Part shown: one piece after another, positions 1-8,164 of the stretch
Numbering within the stretch: position 1 is the stretch's first letter
How the letters are laid out: the number at the start of each line of letters is the position of its first letter
DNA from: a virus
Taxonomy: Duplodnaviria; Heunggongvirae; Uroviricota; Caudoviricetes
IMG/VR virus record: IMGVR_UViG_3300025011_000002
Reading direction: 5' to 3' (one strand)
Length of the DNA stretch: 64,000 nt
The notes under the pieces: model-generated
The model's database searches: none
Seen by the model: the letters and a program-made list of their open reading frames with translations, nothing else
Told to the model about the DNA's origin: nothing
Translations under genes and position numbers: made by a program

Positions 1-330
1 AGCATGTTTATTATTTTGAGAACTATTACACCATTCTAAATTTTGATATTTATTATTTTCTTTATTTCCATCTATATGATTCACTTGAGGCAAATTATTA
101 ATATTATTTATAAAATATATTGCAACCAATCTATGAACTTTAAAGGCTTTTCTATTATTATTTTGCATTAAATTAACTATTAAATATCCATCTTTATCAT
201 AATATGGCTTTAATTGTTTTAATTTATTTTTTTTATAACTAAATACTTTACCATAATTACTAATATAATAATCTTCAAAATATAATATTTTTTTTACATT
301 TAAGCCTGTTTGTATAATATCTGCTGACAT
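1..330 (-). CDS. HNH homing endonuclease (NUMOD4-like N-term + HNH_3-like motif), C-terminus beyond window start
   Basis: Minus-strand ORF with ATG at 328-330. Translation has 'ISNYGKVFSYKKNKLKQLKPYYDKDGYLIVNL' (NUMOD4-like) and 'VNHIDGNKENNKYQNLEW' (HNH_3-like). Truncated by window edge. Confidence 0.55.
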   Translation of the reverse strand, partial: MSADIIQTGLNVKKILYFEDYYISNYGKVFSYKKNKLKQLKPYYDKDGYLIVNLMQNNNRKAFKVHRLVAIYFINNINNLPQVNHIDGNKENNKYQNLEWCNSSQNNKHA

Positions 331-341
331 TAAATTCTCAC

Positions 342-530
342 TTATATATAAATATCTATACTCTTACCTTTTTTATTTCCATTTATTCTTACATTACCAC
401 CTTGTTTATCATTATCCGTAGGGATATAATTTTTATTTGTTAATACAGGAGGTTTACTATAATAACAAGTTGGTTGAAATGGATGTCCATTAAAAACTGT
501 ATTTTTTAATGGTTGATACGGAATAATCAT
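342..530 (-). CDS. hypothetical small protein
   Basis: 62-aa ORF tightly packed on the minus strand; no recognisable motif. Confidence 0.3.
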   Translation of the reverse strand: MIIPYQPLKNTVFNGHPFQPTCYYSKPPVLTNKNYIPTDNDKQGGNVRINGNKKGKSIDIYI

Positions 531-742
531 TTTCTTTTCCTTTTTTTGTCTCTTTTAAAGCCAAGAGATTCTATACAATCTTTATACTCTTGGCATCTAT
601 CTTCTAATTTTTGACCACCAGTCTTAATATCCAACAAACATAGCTTTATATATTCTAAACCTTTTACAACATCTTGTTTGTTTGTTAGAATTTTATTTAT
701 TTCATCTATTGCATTCTTGGTATTAAGACAAATGGTACTCAT
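527..742 (-). CDS. hypothetical protein
   Basis: 71-aa ORF; 4-nt overlap with the downstream ORF suggests translational coupling. Confidence 0.3.
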   Translation of the reverse strand: MSTICLNTKNAIDEINKILTNKQDVVKGLEYIKLCLLDIKTGGQKLEDRCQEYKDCIESLGFKRDKKRKRK

Positions 743-756
743 ATCTTTATTATTCC

Positions 757-921
757 TTATTCTTGAGGGTCTTCTTCATCATTTTCTTCTAATAAAGAAG
801 CTTGTTGACCACAATAAGGGCAGGTAACTTCTTCTTGGTCTTCTTCTAAATAATCTTCATAAACAAGAAAATCACCATCACAACTTTCACAAGTAATTTC
901 TAAAACTGTACTTTGTAACAT
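757..921 (-). CDS. small zinc-ribbon protein (CxxC...CxxC)
   Basis: 54-aa minus ORF not in the track (<60 aa): 'MLQSTVLEITCESCDGDFLVYEDYLEEDQEEVTCPYCGQQ...' has two CxxC pairs. Confidence 0.3.
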   Translation of the reverse strand: MLQSTVLEITCESCDGDFLVYEDYLEEDQEEVTCPYCGQQASLLEENDEEDPQE

Positions 922-946
922 ATCCTATCTCACTTTCTTTAATATA

Positions 947-1150
947 TTAATGAATAAACAATCCTGCTTTAATAAATAAAAATAAATTAATAATTACACA
1001 TAATAAATGTACCCAAAAACTATGGACTCCTTCTTCTGGTTTCCCATGTTTATGCGCAGATAAACATAATCCAGTTAATATTAAAAGTAAAATTATTATT
1101 TCATAAATATTCATATTCATTCTCCAACTATTATAAGTATAGTATAACAT
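947..1150 (-). CDS. small hydrophobic/membrane protein
   Basis: 67 aa with hydrophobic stretch 'IIILLLILTGLCL'. Confidence 0.3.
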   Translation of the reverse strand: MLYYTYNSWRMNMNIYEIIILLLILTGLCLSAHKHGKPEEGVHSFWVHLLCVIINLFLFIKAGLFIH

Positions 1151-1175
1151 CTTTTAAAATAAAGTCAATATCTAA

Positions 1176-2324
1176 TTAATCTTTCTCTTTTAAAAGATAT
1201 TGATTTGAGATAACTTTAAAAGATATTTGTTCTCCATCACACGCCTTAAATACTATTCCTTCACGTTTTTGACTTGTATTTAAAGATTCTCCATCTGCCA
1301 TAGCTAATAATAAATCTAAATCAGCTACAAGAGGGAACGCAGGATTTAAAACAGGAACATGTTTAATATTAGTATTATATTTTTCATTAAATGAAGTAAT
1401 CCAATCCATTCTTTCTTGTGGATATAAATATCTTTGTTCTGTTATGTTAAAAATATCAAATATTCTTAATTCATGATTTAAAAGACCTTCATTATTTTTT
1501 TGAATACCAACGCCTATAAGTTCTCCTTGTAAAGCGAAATCAGCACCAACTTCTTGACAAAAATCTTTTAAATATAAATTAATTTTTTCTTCTTTTACTA
1601 TTTTCCAATAATTACTTGGTTCTGCTTTATATACAGGTAGATTATACCAAGGTAATATTTTAGATAATAATGTTTTAAAGAAACCATAATTAGGTTTAAA
1701 ATCAGGGTCTTTAAGGTCTATATTTCTACTACAAACTCCAGTATACACATCTTTATTATATGTTGTAAGACTTGAACCATCAAGTTTTATTGTAATTTCA
1801 AATAACTTACCTTCATATTGTTTAAGTTTATTAATGATATTTTGAACTCTTTCTTGGTCTGTCTTTCTAATAAAATGTGGGAATGCACCTTTAGCTTGTC
1901 CATGCTGTTTTGCTTGAGCAGGACTCATAGGTTTTTCCCAAAGTTTAATACCAAGTTCATCTGTTACATCAAGACCTTCTGAAACAACATCCATATTGAT
2001 AAGTATATTAAAATCAGTTATTGGAAGTATTAAGCCTTGGCTTATTTGACCACGAAGTTTAATAGTTCTTAATCTTTCGCCTTGAATGCCATTAAAAACT
2101 TTTGGTTCGTGTCCTTCTTTTGTTAAAAATGATGCAATTTTTGTTGGAATAAAACTGTCTATCTCAAAATATACAACAGCATCACCAATATTAAATTCTC
2201 CTTTTTTAACAACAACTTTCCAACCTAAAACAGTTGCAACTTCAATAGCATCTGCACCCTCAATAGTATTAATTTCTACAATTCTTTGAATACTTGCTAA
2301 ACTTCTTTTAATTTCTTCGCCCAT
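1176..2324 (-). CDS. ATP-dependent RNA ligase (Rnl family; covalent nucleotidyltransferase)
   Basis: Ligase motif I KxDG 'TIKLDGSS', motif IV 'EGIVFK', motif V 'FKVISNQYLLKEK'. N-terminal ~60 aa resemble the extra N-domain of DraRnl/NgrRnl-type (Rnl5) ligases. Immediately adjacent to rtcB and the tRNA array. Confidence 0.55.
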   Translation of the reverse strand: MGEEIKRSLASIQRIVEINTIEGADAIEVATVLGWKVVVKKGEFNIGDAVVYFEIDSFIPTKIASFLTKEGHEPKVFNGIQGERLRTIKLRGQISQGLILPITDFNILINMDVVSEGLDVTDELGIKLWEKPMSPAQAKQHGQAKGAFPHFIRKTDQERVQNIINKLKQYEGKLFEITIKLDGSSLTTYNKDVYTGVCSRNIDLKDPDFKPNYGFFKTLLSKILPWYNLPVYKAEPSNYWKIVKEEKINLYLKDFCQEVGADFALQGELIGVGIQKNNEGLLNHELRIFDIFNITEQRYLYPQERMDWITSFNEKYNTNIKHVPVLNPAFPLVADLDLLLAMADGESLNTSQKREGIVFKACDGEQISFKVISNQYLLKEKD

Positions 2325-2500
2325 TATTTTTCTCCTTTTTTAATTATTATAAATTAATGTTATTTATTTTATCTTTAAAATCTTTTAATTCTTCATCTGT
2401 TAATAATATTCCTGTTGAAAGAAAATAATCTTCTATTTCTATTAGCCATTTCTTTTTTGGTTCATATCTGACTATTCTTATTCTCATACTAAATATCCTT

Positions 2501-3706
2501 TTATGCCTTAAAGTTATATATAGGTTTAATAATATCTATTATTTCTATTGTATCTTCAACATATTTTATTATTTCTTCTGGATTCTTATAAGCCATTGGT
2601 GATTCGTCAAGAGTTGACTGTTTAACAGATGTTGAATAAATACCTTCCATTGATTTTTCAAAATCTTCTAAATTAATATTTTCTTTAGCTTTAGTTCTTG
2701 ACATTAATCTTCCTGCTCCATGAGGAGCAGAATTATTCCAATCTTCATTGCCTTTGCCAATAGCAAGTATTGAACCATCTCTCATATTTAATGGAATAAG
2801 AACTTTTTCATCTTTATCAGCAGATATAGCACCTTTACGAACAAAATTTAATACATCAATATAATTATGAATAGTTTCAAAACATTGTATAAAATCTATA
2901 TCTAAAAAGTTTTGTATTTTTTCATACATATAAAATCTATTCATAGAAGCAAATTTTTGTGCTACTTTCATATCATGAATATAATTTTCAAATAATCCAC
3001 CTTCTAAAAAGGATAATTCTTTAGGAACACTATAAACATCTAATGCTTTTTGAGTAGCAATTGTAAATTCATCCTCTTCTACTTTAAAAGTTCCTTTATA
3101 AGAATTTAAAGAATTACGAATTTCACTTCTCTTTTTATCGCAATATATTTCTGCTTGTTTTTGATAATATGTTGCAATTTTATGTCCAAAATTTCTTGAA
3201 CCAGAATGTATCACTAAATATTTATTATCTTCTTTATCTATATTAATTTCTATAAAATGATTTCCACCACCTAAAGAACCTATAGATTTTAAATGTCTTT
3301 CATATTTATCTATATCTCCTATATTTTTGCAAACATTATAAATATCATCTTCTAATGATTTAATTATTCTTGGTCTATGTTTATTTACTTCATTACCATG
3401 AGGTATATTATTTCTAATAAAATTATCAATCTTTGGCAAATCTAATTCTACTTTACCTAAATTAACAGTAAGCATTCCGCAACCAATATCTACTCCAATT
3501 AAATTAGGAATAACTCTATTATTTAATCTTGCAGTAAAGCCAATTACACATCCTTTTCCTGCATGAACATCTGGCATAATTCTTACAGGCATATCTTTAA
3601 ATATAGGATGATTACAAACTTCATAGATTTGAGATAATGCTTCTTGTTCAACATTATCATTAAAAATTTTAGCTGTTGTGTATTTACCTATTATTTCTAT
3701 ACTCAT
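2501..3706 (-). CDS. rtcB: RtcB RNA 3'-phosphate/5'-OH ligase
   Basis: Motifs 'PDVHAGKGC', 'GGGNHFIEI', 'NSAPHGAGR'. The track start at 3733 needs a GTG and would overlap tRNA-Trp. Internal ATG (MSIEIIGKY) at 3706 is preceded by AAGAAGGA RBS. Confidence 0.85.
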   Translation of the reverse strand: MSIEIIGKYTTAKIFNDNVEQEALSQIYEVCNHPIFKDMPVRIMPDVHAGKGCVIGFTARLNNRVIPNLIGVDIGCGMLTVNLGKVELDLPKIDNFIRNNIPHGNEVNKHRPRIIKSLEDDIYNVCKNIGDIDKYERHLKSIGSLGGGNHFIEINIDKEDNKYLVIHSGSRNFGHKIATYYQKQAEIYCDKKRSEIRNSLNSYKGTFKVEEDEFTIATQKALDVYSVPKELSFLEGGLFENYIHDMKVAQKFASMNRFYMYEKIQNFLDIDFIQCFETIHNYIDVLNFVRKGAISADKDEKVLIPLNMRDGSILAIGKGNEDWNNSAPHGAGRLMSRTKAKENINLEDFEKSMEGIYSTSVKQSTLDESPMAYKNPEEIIKYVEDTIEIIDIIKPIYNFKA

Positions 3707-3728
3707 TTTTATATTCCTTCTTATTAAA

Positions 3729-3800
3729 CGCACCCTGTAGGAATCGAACCCACACCTTTTAGTTTGGAGCCAAACGTGCTACCATTATCACCAAGAATGC
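3729..3800 (-). tRNA. tRNA-Trp (anticodon CCA)
   Basis: Reverse complement folds as a cloverleaf. Acceptor GCATTCT/AGGGTGC with two G-U pairs, T-loop GGTTCGATTCC, anticodon loop CTCCAAA. No encoded CCA end. Confidence 0.65.
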
Positions 3801-3840
3801 AAATTATTTAACTATATTTATAGTATAACATATCTTAAAA

Positions 3841-3870
3841 TAAAAAGCAACATATTTTTAATATGTTGCT
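3841..3870 (-). terminator. hairpin followed by T-run on minus strand (intrinsic terminator-like)
   Basis: 'agcaacata' tttttaa 'tatgttgct' is a perfect 9-bp inverted repeat, followed on the minus strand by TTTTA. Confidence 0.3.
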
Positions 3871-4307
3871 ATAATTAATGAAAGGGGAAACGAGAAACAT
3901 ACACGTCAAATAATTGATAGTTTTTATGTTTACCAAAGGATACTATCATCCAATATATTAAAAATATTATTACGATTAATCAGCTTGGAGGATTACCACA
4001 GGTCTTACAAACCAAAACCATAAACCTTTTATCCAAGATTTTATAAACATATACCCTTTTTGCTTAGACTTTAAAACACCGAAGTGTTTATTTAATCTTT
4101 ATATTTAGTCTTTAGTCTTGTAAACATTAACCTTATAAGCGTTCAAAATCCACCTTTAGGTGAGAATAAGCACAAGGCTTACCATATTTAAATACATTAA
4201 TTTTGTATGATTATTTGCATAATCTAACGCTTCATCAGCAATGGTTGTTTAACCCAAAACCAAGGGAGTTCGAGTTCAGGTTTTCAATCAACCGTAATAA
4301 TATTACT

Positions 4308-4916
4308 TTATACTTCTACTTTAGTTAGAGCATTTACTTCTGAAAGTTTAAAATCAACTTCTGATTCAAATGTAAATACTTCTTGTTCTAAGTCATTTAG
4401 TTTAGTAGCAATATCAAGAGGATTTAATACAGAACCTTGAAAATTCTTTTGAATTTGTTCAATAAATTCTTTACTTGAGCCTTCTTTTTCTTTTTGAGCT
4501 ACATCTTGTTGACATCTTCTATTTTGTTCTTCTGCCTTGCTTGATGCTGTTGCAAAATCTTTTCTTAATTTATTAATTAAAGCTTTTTTCAAATCAATAG
4601 CTGTTTTCAAATCAATAGCTTCTGCTACTTTCATTGTTTTATCTGCAATTGTAACATCTGTTGTTGCATTAGCTAAAGTTAATTTAGATTTTAATGTTGT
4701 TCTTCTATCTAATAAATCTTTAATAGATTGAAAATCGCTATTAATTTCTTTTGTTCTTGTTTCTGTAGTTACTTTATTAACAAGTTTTTCTCCAACTAAT
4801 ACTTCTGCAAATGTTGATTCAGAAATTTTCTTTTCAATTCTTTTGTCTAAAATTTTTAATTCAGCTAAAATCTGTGTTAAACTGATTTTTTCTACTGTTA
4901 CTTCTGACATATTCAT
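4308..4916 (-). CDS. hypothetical protein, predicted coiled coil
   Basis: 202-aa ORF; K/E/L-rich heptad-like composition. Confidence 0.4.
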   Translation of the reverse strand: MNMSEVTVEKISLTQILAELKILDKRIEKKISESTFAEVLVGEKLVNKVTTETRTKEINSDFQSIKDLLDRRTTLKSKLTLANATTDVTIADKTMKVAEAIDLKTAIDLKKALINKLRKDFATASSKAEEQNRRCQQDVAQKEKEGSSKEFIEQIQKNFQGSVLNPLDIATKLNDLEQEVFTFESEVDFKLSEVNALTKVEV

Positions 4917-4931
4917 TCTCCTATTAAATAA

Positions 4932-5102
4932 TTAACATAATTGTATTTTTAAATCATTTATTTCCACACTTATTAGATTATCACCGCTTGCCTCTTTTAA
5001 TAATTTTTTAAAGCCATCTTCAACATCCATCATATCATCATTTGATGGCATTCCATCTTCTTCAATAATCATTTCCATTTGTGCGGTTACTTTAAATTTC
5101 AT
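4932..5102 (-). CDS. small acidic hypothetical protein
   Basis: 56-aa ORF 'MKFKVTAQMEMIIEEDGMPSNDDMMDVEDGFKKLLKEASGDNLISVEINDLKIQLC'; fills an intergenic gap. Confidence 0.25.
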   Translation of the reverse strand: MKFKVTAQMEMIIEEDGMPSNDDMMDVEDGFKKLLKEASGDNLISVEINDLKIQLC

Positions 5103-5152
5103 TTTTATTTCCTTTATTATATATTTTAATTATAACATCTTTTAAAATAAAG

Positions 5153-5848
5153 TCAAGTGTTAAAATTCTTTCTTCTATATTCTCTTCCGTTTCCTTTATT
5201 TAAAGCTTTATATGTTTTTGTTAAAGAATGACAATTAGGACATAATAGAATTAAATTATCTTCATTATTATTCTTATAATTACCATCAATATGTTCTATT
5301 TCAAGTGGTATTTTGTTACTAAATGGATTAATTTCATTCCAACCACATCTTGCACATTTATTATCATATTTTTCAAATAAATATCTTCTAATAACAGAGG
5401 GTATTTTATATTGTTTTATTATATCATTAAATTTGCCTTGCTTCCAATCTTCAATTTGATTATTATATTGATATTTTTGCTGACATTTATGACTACAAAA
5501 ATAATTAGAATTTCTATGTATTATATTGTTACAAAAAATACAATATTTATTATTTTTTCTTAATTTATTATTGTATTTTGCAGCACAACTATTATTACAA
5601 AATTTTTTATTTCTTTCTTTAAATTCTAATTCTTTTTCGCACAAGATACATTTATTTGGATTTTTATAATATGATTCTCTTTTTTCATCTAAAGATTCTA
5701 CTCCAAATAATCTTCCATATTTTCTTCTTATAGCTTCAAGAGTTTTACTTGTTATAATTTTACATAATTCTTCTATAGATTTATTTTTATTATCATATAA
5801 AAGTTTTATTTCAAATTCTTCCCATTTAGACATTATTTTTATTACCAA
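5153..5848 (-). CDS. HNH endonuclease (Cys-rich zinc fingers + HNH motif), inserted beside tRNA array
   Basis: C-terminal 'IEHIDGNYKNNNEDNLILLCPNCHSLTK' is an HNH motif; multiple CxxC pairs upstream. Confidence 0.65.
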   Translation of the reverse strand: MVIKIMSKWEEFEIKLLYDNKNKSIEELCKIITSKTLEAIRRKYGRLFGVESLDEKRESYYKNPNKCILCEKELEFKERNKKFCNNSCAAKYNNKLRKNNKYCIFCNNIIHRNSNYFCSHKCQQKYQYNNQIEDWKQGKFNDIIKQYKIPSVIRRYLFEKYDNKCARCGWNEINPFSNKIPLEIEHIDGNYKNNNEDNLILLCPNCHSLTKTYKALNKGNGREYRRKNFNT

Positions 5849-5860
5849 CTATTTATAAAA

Positions 5861-5932
5861 AGCTGGTGAGAGGAATTGAACCTCCAACAGACGGTTTACA
5901 AAACCGTTACTCTACCATTGAGTTACACCAGC
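5861..5932 (-). tRNA. tRNA-Thr (anticodon TGT)
   Basis: Reverse complement: GCTGGTG...CACCAGC acceptor, anticodon stem ACGGT/ACCGT, loop TTTGTAA, T-arm GGAGGTTCAATTCCTCT. Confidence 0.8.
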
Positions 5933-6095
5933 ATATTACCAGTTATTCTGTCTTCTCGTCCGAACTCTGGCAAACGATAACGCTAACACTTTCCTTTTCA
6001 GGATGGATTTTAATCCTATTTTCATAAGCTGTTAGATGCTTGTTCAGAAACTTAGGGAACTATGAAACAGGGAGAAACACCTAAGTTTAAATAAT

Positions 6096-6167
6096 AGCGG
6101 AGGTGAGAATCGAACCCACAATACTCAAGCTTATGAGACTTGTCAGCCTACCAAGGCTTGTCTCCGC
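6096..6167 (-). tRNA. tRNA-Met (anticodon CAT; elongator versus initiator versus Ile-lysidine unresolved)
   Basis: Reverse complement: D-arm AGCC/GGCT, anticodon stem CAAGT/GCTTG, loop CTCATAA, T-loop GGGTTCGATTC. Acceptor pairing is irregular; boundaries are +/-1 nt. Confidence 0.6.
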
Positions 6168-6185
6168 AATAATGGCATAAAGTAT

Positions 6186-6258
6186 ATGAGGGAGAAGGAC
6201 TCGAACCTTCACTCAATACCTTCAAAGGGTACTGCTTTACCAATTAAGCTATCCCTCA
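6186..6258 (-). tRNA. tRNA-Gln (anticodon TTG)
   Basis: Reverse complement: TGAGGGA/TCCCTCA acceptor with U1-A72 (typical of bacterial tRNA-Gln), D-stem GCTT/AAGC, anticodon loop CTTTGAA, T-arm GAAGGTTCGAGTCCTTC. Confidence 0.75.
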
Positions 6259-6263
6259 ATAAT

Positions 6264-6336
6264 CGGATTATAGGGGAATTGAACCCCTGTTCTCAACGTG
6301 ACAGGCTGATGTCCTAGTCCACTAGACGAATAATCC
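6264..6336 (-). tRNA. tRNA-Asp (anticodon GTC)
   Basis: Reverse complement: GGATTAT/ATAATCC acceptor, anticodon stem TCAGC/GTTGA, loop CTGTCAC, T-arm AGGGGTTCAATTCCCCT. Confidence 0.8.
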
Positions 6337-6544
6337 AAGTTGATAATTTACGATATTATCAAACGCTAATTTTTACTCTAATTAGTTAAAGAAATACTTT
6401 TTGTAGGTAGGCTATAGTAAATAAAACCCTGTTGCAACTAATTACATTGTGTGGAATCTAACCACTACTTCAGGTATGGCTAACCGAACATTGCCAATAT
6501 GTTAAATGTAATCACCGAATTATAAAATTAATTAATAAATAGAA

Positions 6545-6631
6545 CGGATGCCAGAGGACTTGAACCCCTATCGCCTTTGACAGCTACAGCAGTTTTCAAA
6601 ACTGCTCTCTTACCAATTAGAGTAGACATCC
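6545..6631 (-). tRNA. tRNA-Ser (anticodon TGA), long variable arm
   Basis: 87 nt. Acceptor GGATGTC/GGCATCC, anticodon stem GCAGT/ACTGC, loop TTTGAAA, ~20-nt variable arm, T-arm AGGGGTTCAAGTCCTCT. Confidence 0.8.
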
Positions 6632-6640
6632 AAACATTAT

Positions 6641-6832
6641 TTATTTAATATGAAATAATTTTTTGAATCCATTAATTACTTTATTAAACCAAGATTCGGG
6701 AATAGTATTTGTAACTTGCTTAACAATTTCTGTAGTTTCTCCAACATTAGACTTGTCTGTTGGGTCTATTATACCACTTACTGCTTGAACTACCTCTTCT
6801 GTTTGCAATAATTTTTCTTTTGCATCTGACAT
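6641..6832 (-). CDS. hypothetical small protein between tRNA-Ser and tRNA-His
   Basis: 63-aa ORF fitting exactly between two tRNA genes. Confidence 0.3.
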   Translation of the reverse strand: MSDAKEKLLQTEEVVQAVSGIIDPTDKSNVGETTEIVKQVTNTIPESWFNKVINGFKKLFHIK

Positions 6833-6863
6833 AATCCATTATCTCCTATTATTTGTTATAAAG

Positions 6864-6940
6864 TGGGGTGACTGATGAGATTTGAACTCACAACAACTTG
6901 TTTCACAAACAAGGACTCTAACCAGTTGAGCTACAGCCAC
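6864..6940 (-). tRNA. tRNA-His (anticodon GTG), CCA encoded
   Basis: Reverse complement: GTGGCTG/CAGTCAC acceptor (one G-U), D-arm GCTC..GAGT, anticodon stem CTTGT/ACAAG, loop TTGTGAA, T-arm GTGAGTTCAAATCTCAT, then C-CCA. Confidence 0.75.
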
Positions 6941-6949
6941 AGCGACCCA

Positions 6950-7423
6950 CTAAAAATATGCTGTACGCAAACCATATTGATATTCTTTATGATGCGTTGG
7001 ACATAAAATTTTTAGATTAGATAAATTATTATTATTTCTATTAGAATCAATATGATGAACTTCAAGAACATCTATAATATCATATCCGCAAATTTCACAT
7101 TTATTCTTATAATAATTTAATGCTTTTTGTCTATAAGAACCTTTACCATTTAAATAGTTAGGGTTTTTTGCCCCATTTCTTAGTTTGTTAGCTACGCTTG
7201 ATGAACAAGACCTAGAACAAAATAATTTTCCAGATTTACTTTTTTTTACTTCTGCTAAATTTCTACTTACTGGCTTTCCACAATTATTACAATTAGTTTT
7301 TATTGTTCCATGGCTGTCTGAATAACACTTGCGATTACAATATTTTCTATTTATATATTGTGTTTTAGATTCTTTATCTTGCTTAACTAAAGTTTTTTTA
7401 CAAAATAAACATTTTCTATCCAT
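6950..7423 (-). CDS. HNH endonuclease (zinc-finger-rich) within tRNA array
   Basis: 'EVHHIDSNRNNNNLSNLKILCPTHHKEY' is an HNH motif; several CxxC pairs in the N-terminal half. Confidence 0.65.
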   Translation of the reverse strand: MDRKCLFCKKTLVKQDKESKTQYINRKYCNRKCYSDSHGTIKTNCNNCGKPVSRNLAEVKKSKSGKLFCSRSCSSSVANKLRNGAKNPNYLNGKGSYRQKALNYYKNKCEICGYDIIDVLEVHHIDSNRNNNNLSNLKILCPTHHKEYQYGLRTAYF

Positions 7424-7443
7424 ATTAATCCTTATATTAAAAA

Positions 7444-7527
7444 TGGTGCGTTAGGATGGACTCGAACCACCAATGTATCTCTACGGTTGGGTTACAGCCA
7501 ACTGCCATACCATTAGGCGACTAACGC
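7444..7527 (-). tRNA. tRNA-Tyr (anticodon GTA), bacterial-type long variable arm, CCA encoded
   Basis: 84 nt. Acceptor GCGTTAG/CTAACGC, anticodon stem GTTGG/CCAAC, loop CTGTAAC, 14-nt variable arm, T-arm GGTGGTTCGAGTCCATC, then A-CCA. Confidence 0.8.
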
Positions 7528-7528
7528 A

Positions 7529-7604
7529 TGGAGGGTAAGGTTGGATTCAAACCAACGCATAGAACCTTTGCAGGGAACTGCCTTTATCACTTGGCTACTT
7601 ACCC
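7529..7604 (-). tRNA. tRNA-Cys (anticodon GCA), CCA encoded; weak anticodon stem
   Basis: Acceptor GGGTAAG/CTTACCC, T-arm GTTGGTTTGAATCCAAC. Anticodon loop CTGCAAA is flanked by a stem with two U-U mismatches. Separated from tRNA-Tyr by 1 nt. Confidence 0.5.
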
Positions 7605-7615
7605 AAAAATAAATA

Positions 7616-7687
7616 CTGCCTCGACAGGACTCGAACCTGTAGTAGCCTCCTTAACAGGGAGGTGCATTACCATTTTGCTACAAGGCA
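7616..7687 (-). tRNA. tRNA-Asn (anticodon GTT)
   Basis: Acceptor TGCCTTG/CGAGGCA, anticodon stem CCTCC/GGAGG, loop CTGTTAA, T-arm ACAGGTTCGAGTCCTGT. Confidence 0.75.
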
Positions 7688-7707
7688 ATAAGAATATAAA
7701 TAACTTT

Positions 7708-7778
7708 GTATATAGGCAATGAATTGAACATGCTACGCTCCTGTTTTGCAGGACGCTCTACCGATGAGCTACTATATC
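7708..7778 (-). pseudogene. degenerate tRNA-like sequence (possible tRNA pseudogene)
   Basis: Reverse complement has a canonical 5' half 'GATATAG TA GCTC ATCGGTA GAGC'. The anticodon arm has a 5-nt loop (TCCTG CAAAA CAGGA), the T-stem has a bulge and the acceptor end is mismatched. Confidence 0.25.
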
Positions 7779-8164
7779 CCTTCTTATGCTACTCACTACT
7801 TGACAGAGCTATAGTATCTTTCACCCTTCACATAAGTCCGTTTTACAAAGTTATTTTAATTATAAAATATAAATAACCAGACCTAACACTTATAGACTCA
7901 TGTTTCGTTAATGTGATTGACCCTCCTATCAAGGGGATAATTTTCTATATATTTCTATATTACTAATTATCTCTCAACAACATCTGATTATTTATATTAA
8001 GTTTTCAAGGTACAATTTATTTTTTACTTAATTGTTCTGCTATTCCTTCAAAAGAGTTAGGTTTAAGTATTTTTACTATTAAACCTCTATCTTCTAAGTT
8101 CTTTACAAGTGCTTCAACTGAAAATAAATTCAGTATTTGTATATTATCTTTTTCCATGATATAT

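Noticed and set aside
2086-2289. Plus-strand 67-aa ORF inside the RNA ligase gene
   Set aside because: Lies entirely within a longer, motif-supported minus-strand CDS. Low-complexity translation typical of AT-rich antisense frames.
2501-3733. Longer RtcB ORF starting at 3733
   Set aside because: Needs a GTG start and would overlap tRNA-Trp by 5 nt. The internal ATG at 3706 has a good RBS.
5940-6095. Possible tRNA or terminator between tRNA-Thr and tRNA-Met
   Set aside because: Contains a 6-bp hairpin (CTTAGG...CCTAAG) with a 24-nt loop but no cloverleaf. Too weak to call.
6337-6544. ORF-free 200 bp between tRNA-Asp and tRNA-Ser scanned for another tRNA
   Set aside because: Only a 4-bp stem with AATCTAA loop ('gtggaatctaaccac') was found. 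No acceptor or anticodon arms could be paired, so it is not called.
7528-7722. Plus-strand 64-aa ORF across tRNA-Cys and tRNA-Asn
   Set aside because: Overlaps three well-folded tRNA genes. Its translation is an artefact of tRNA sequence.
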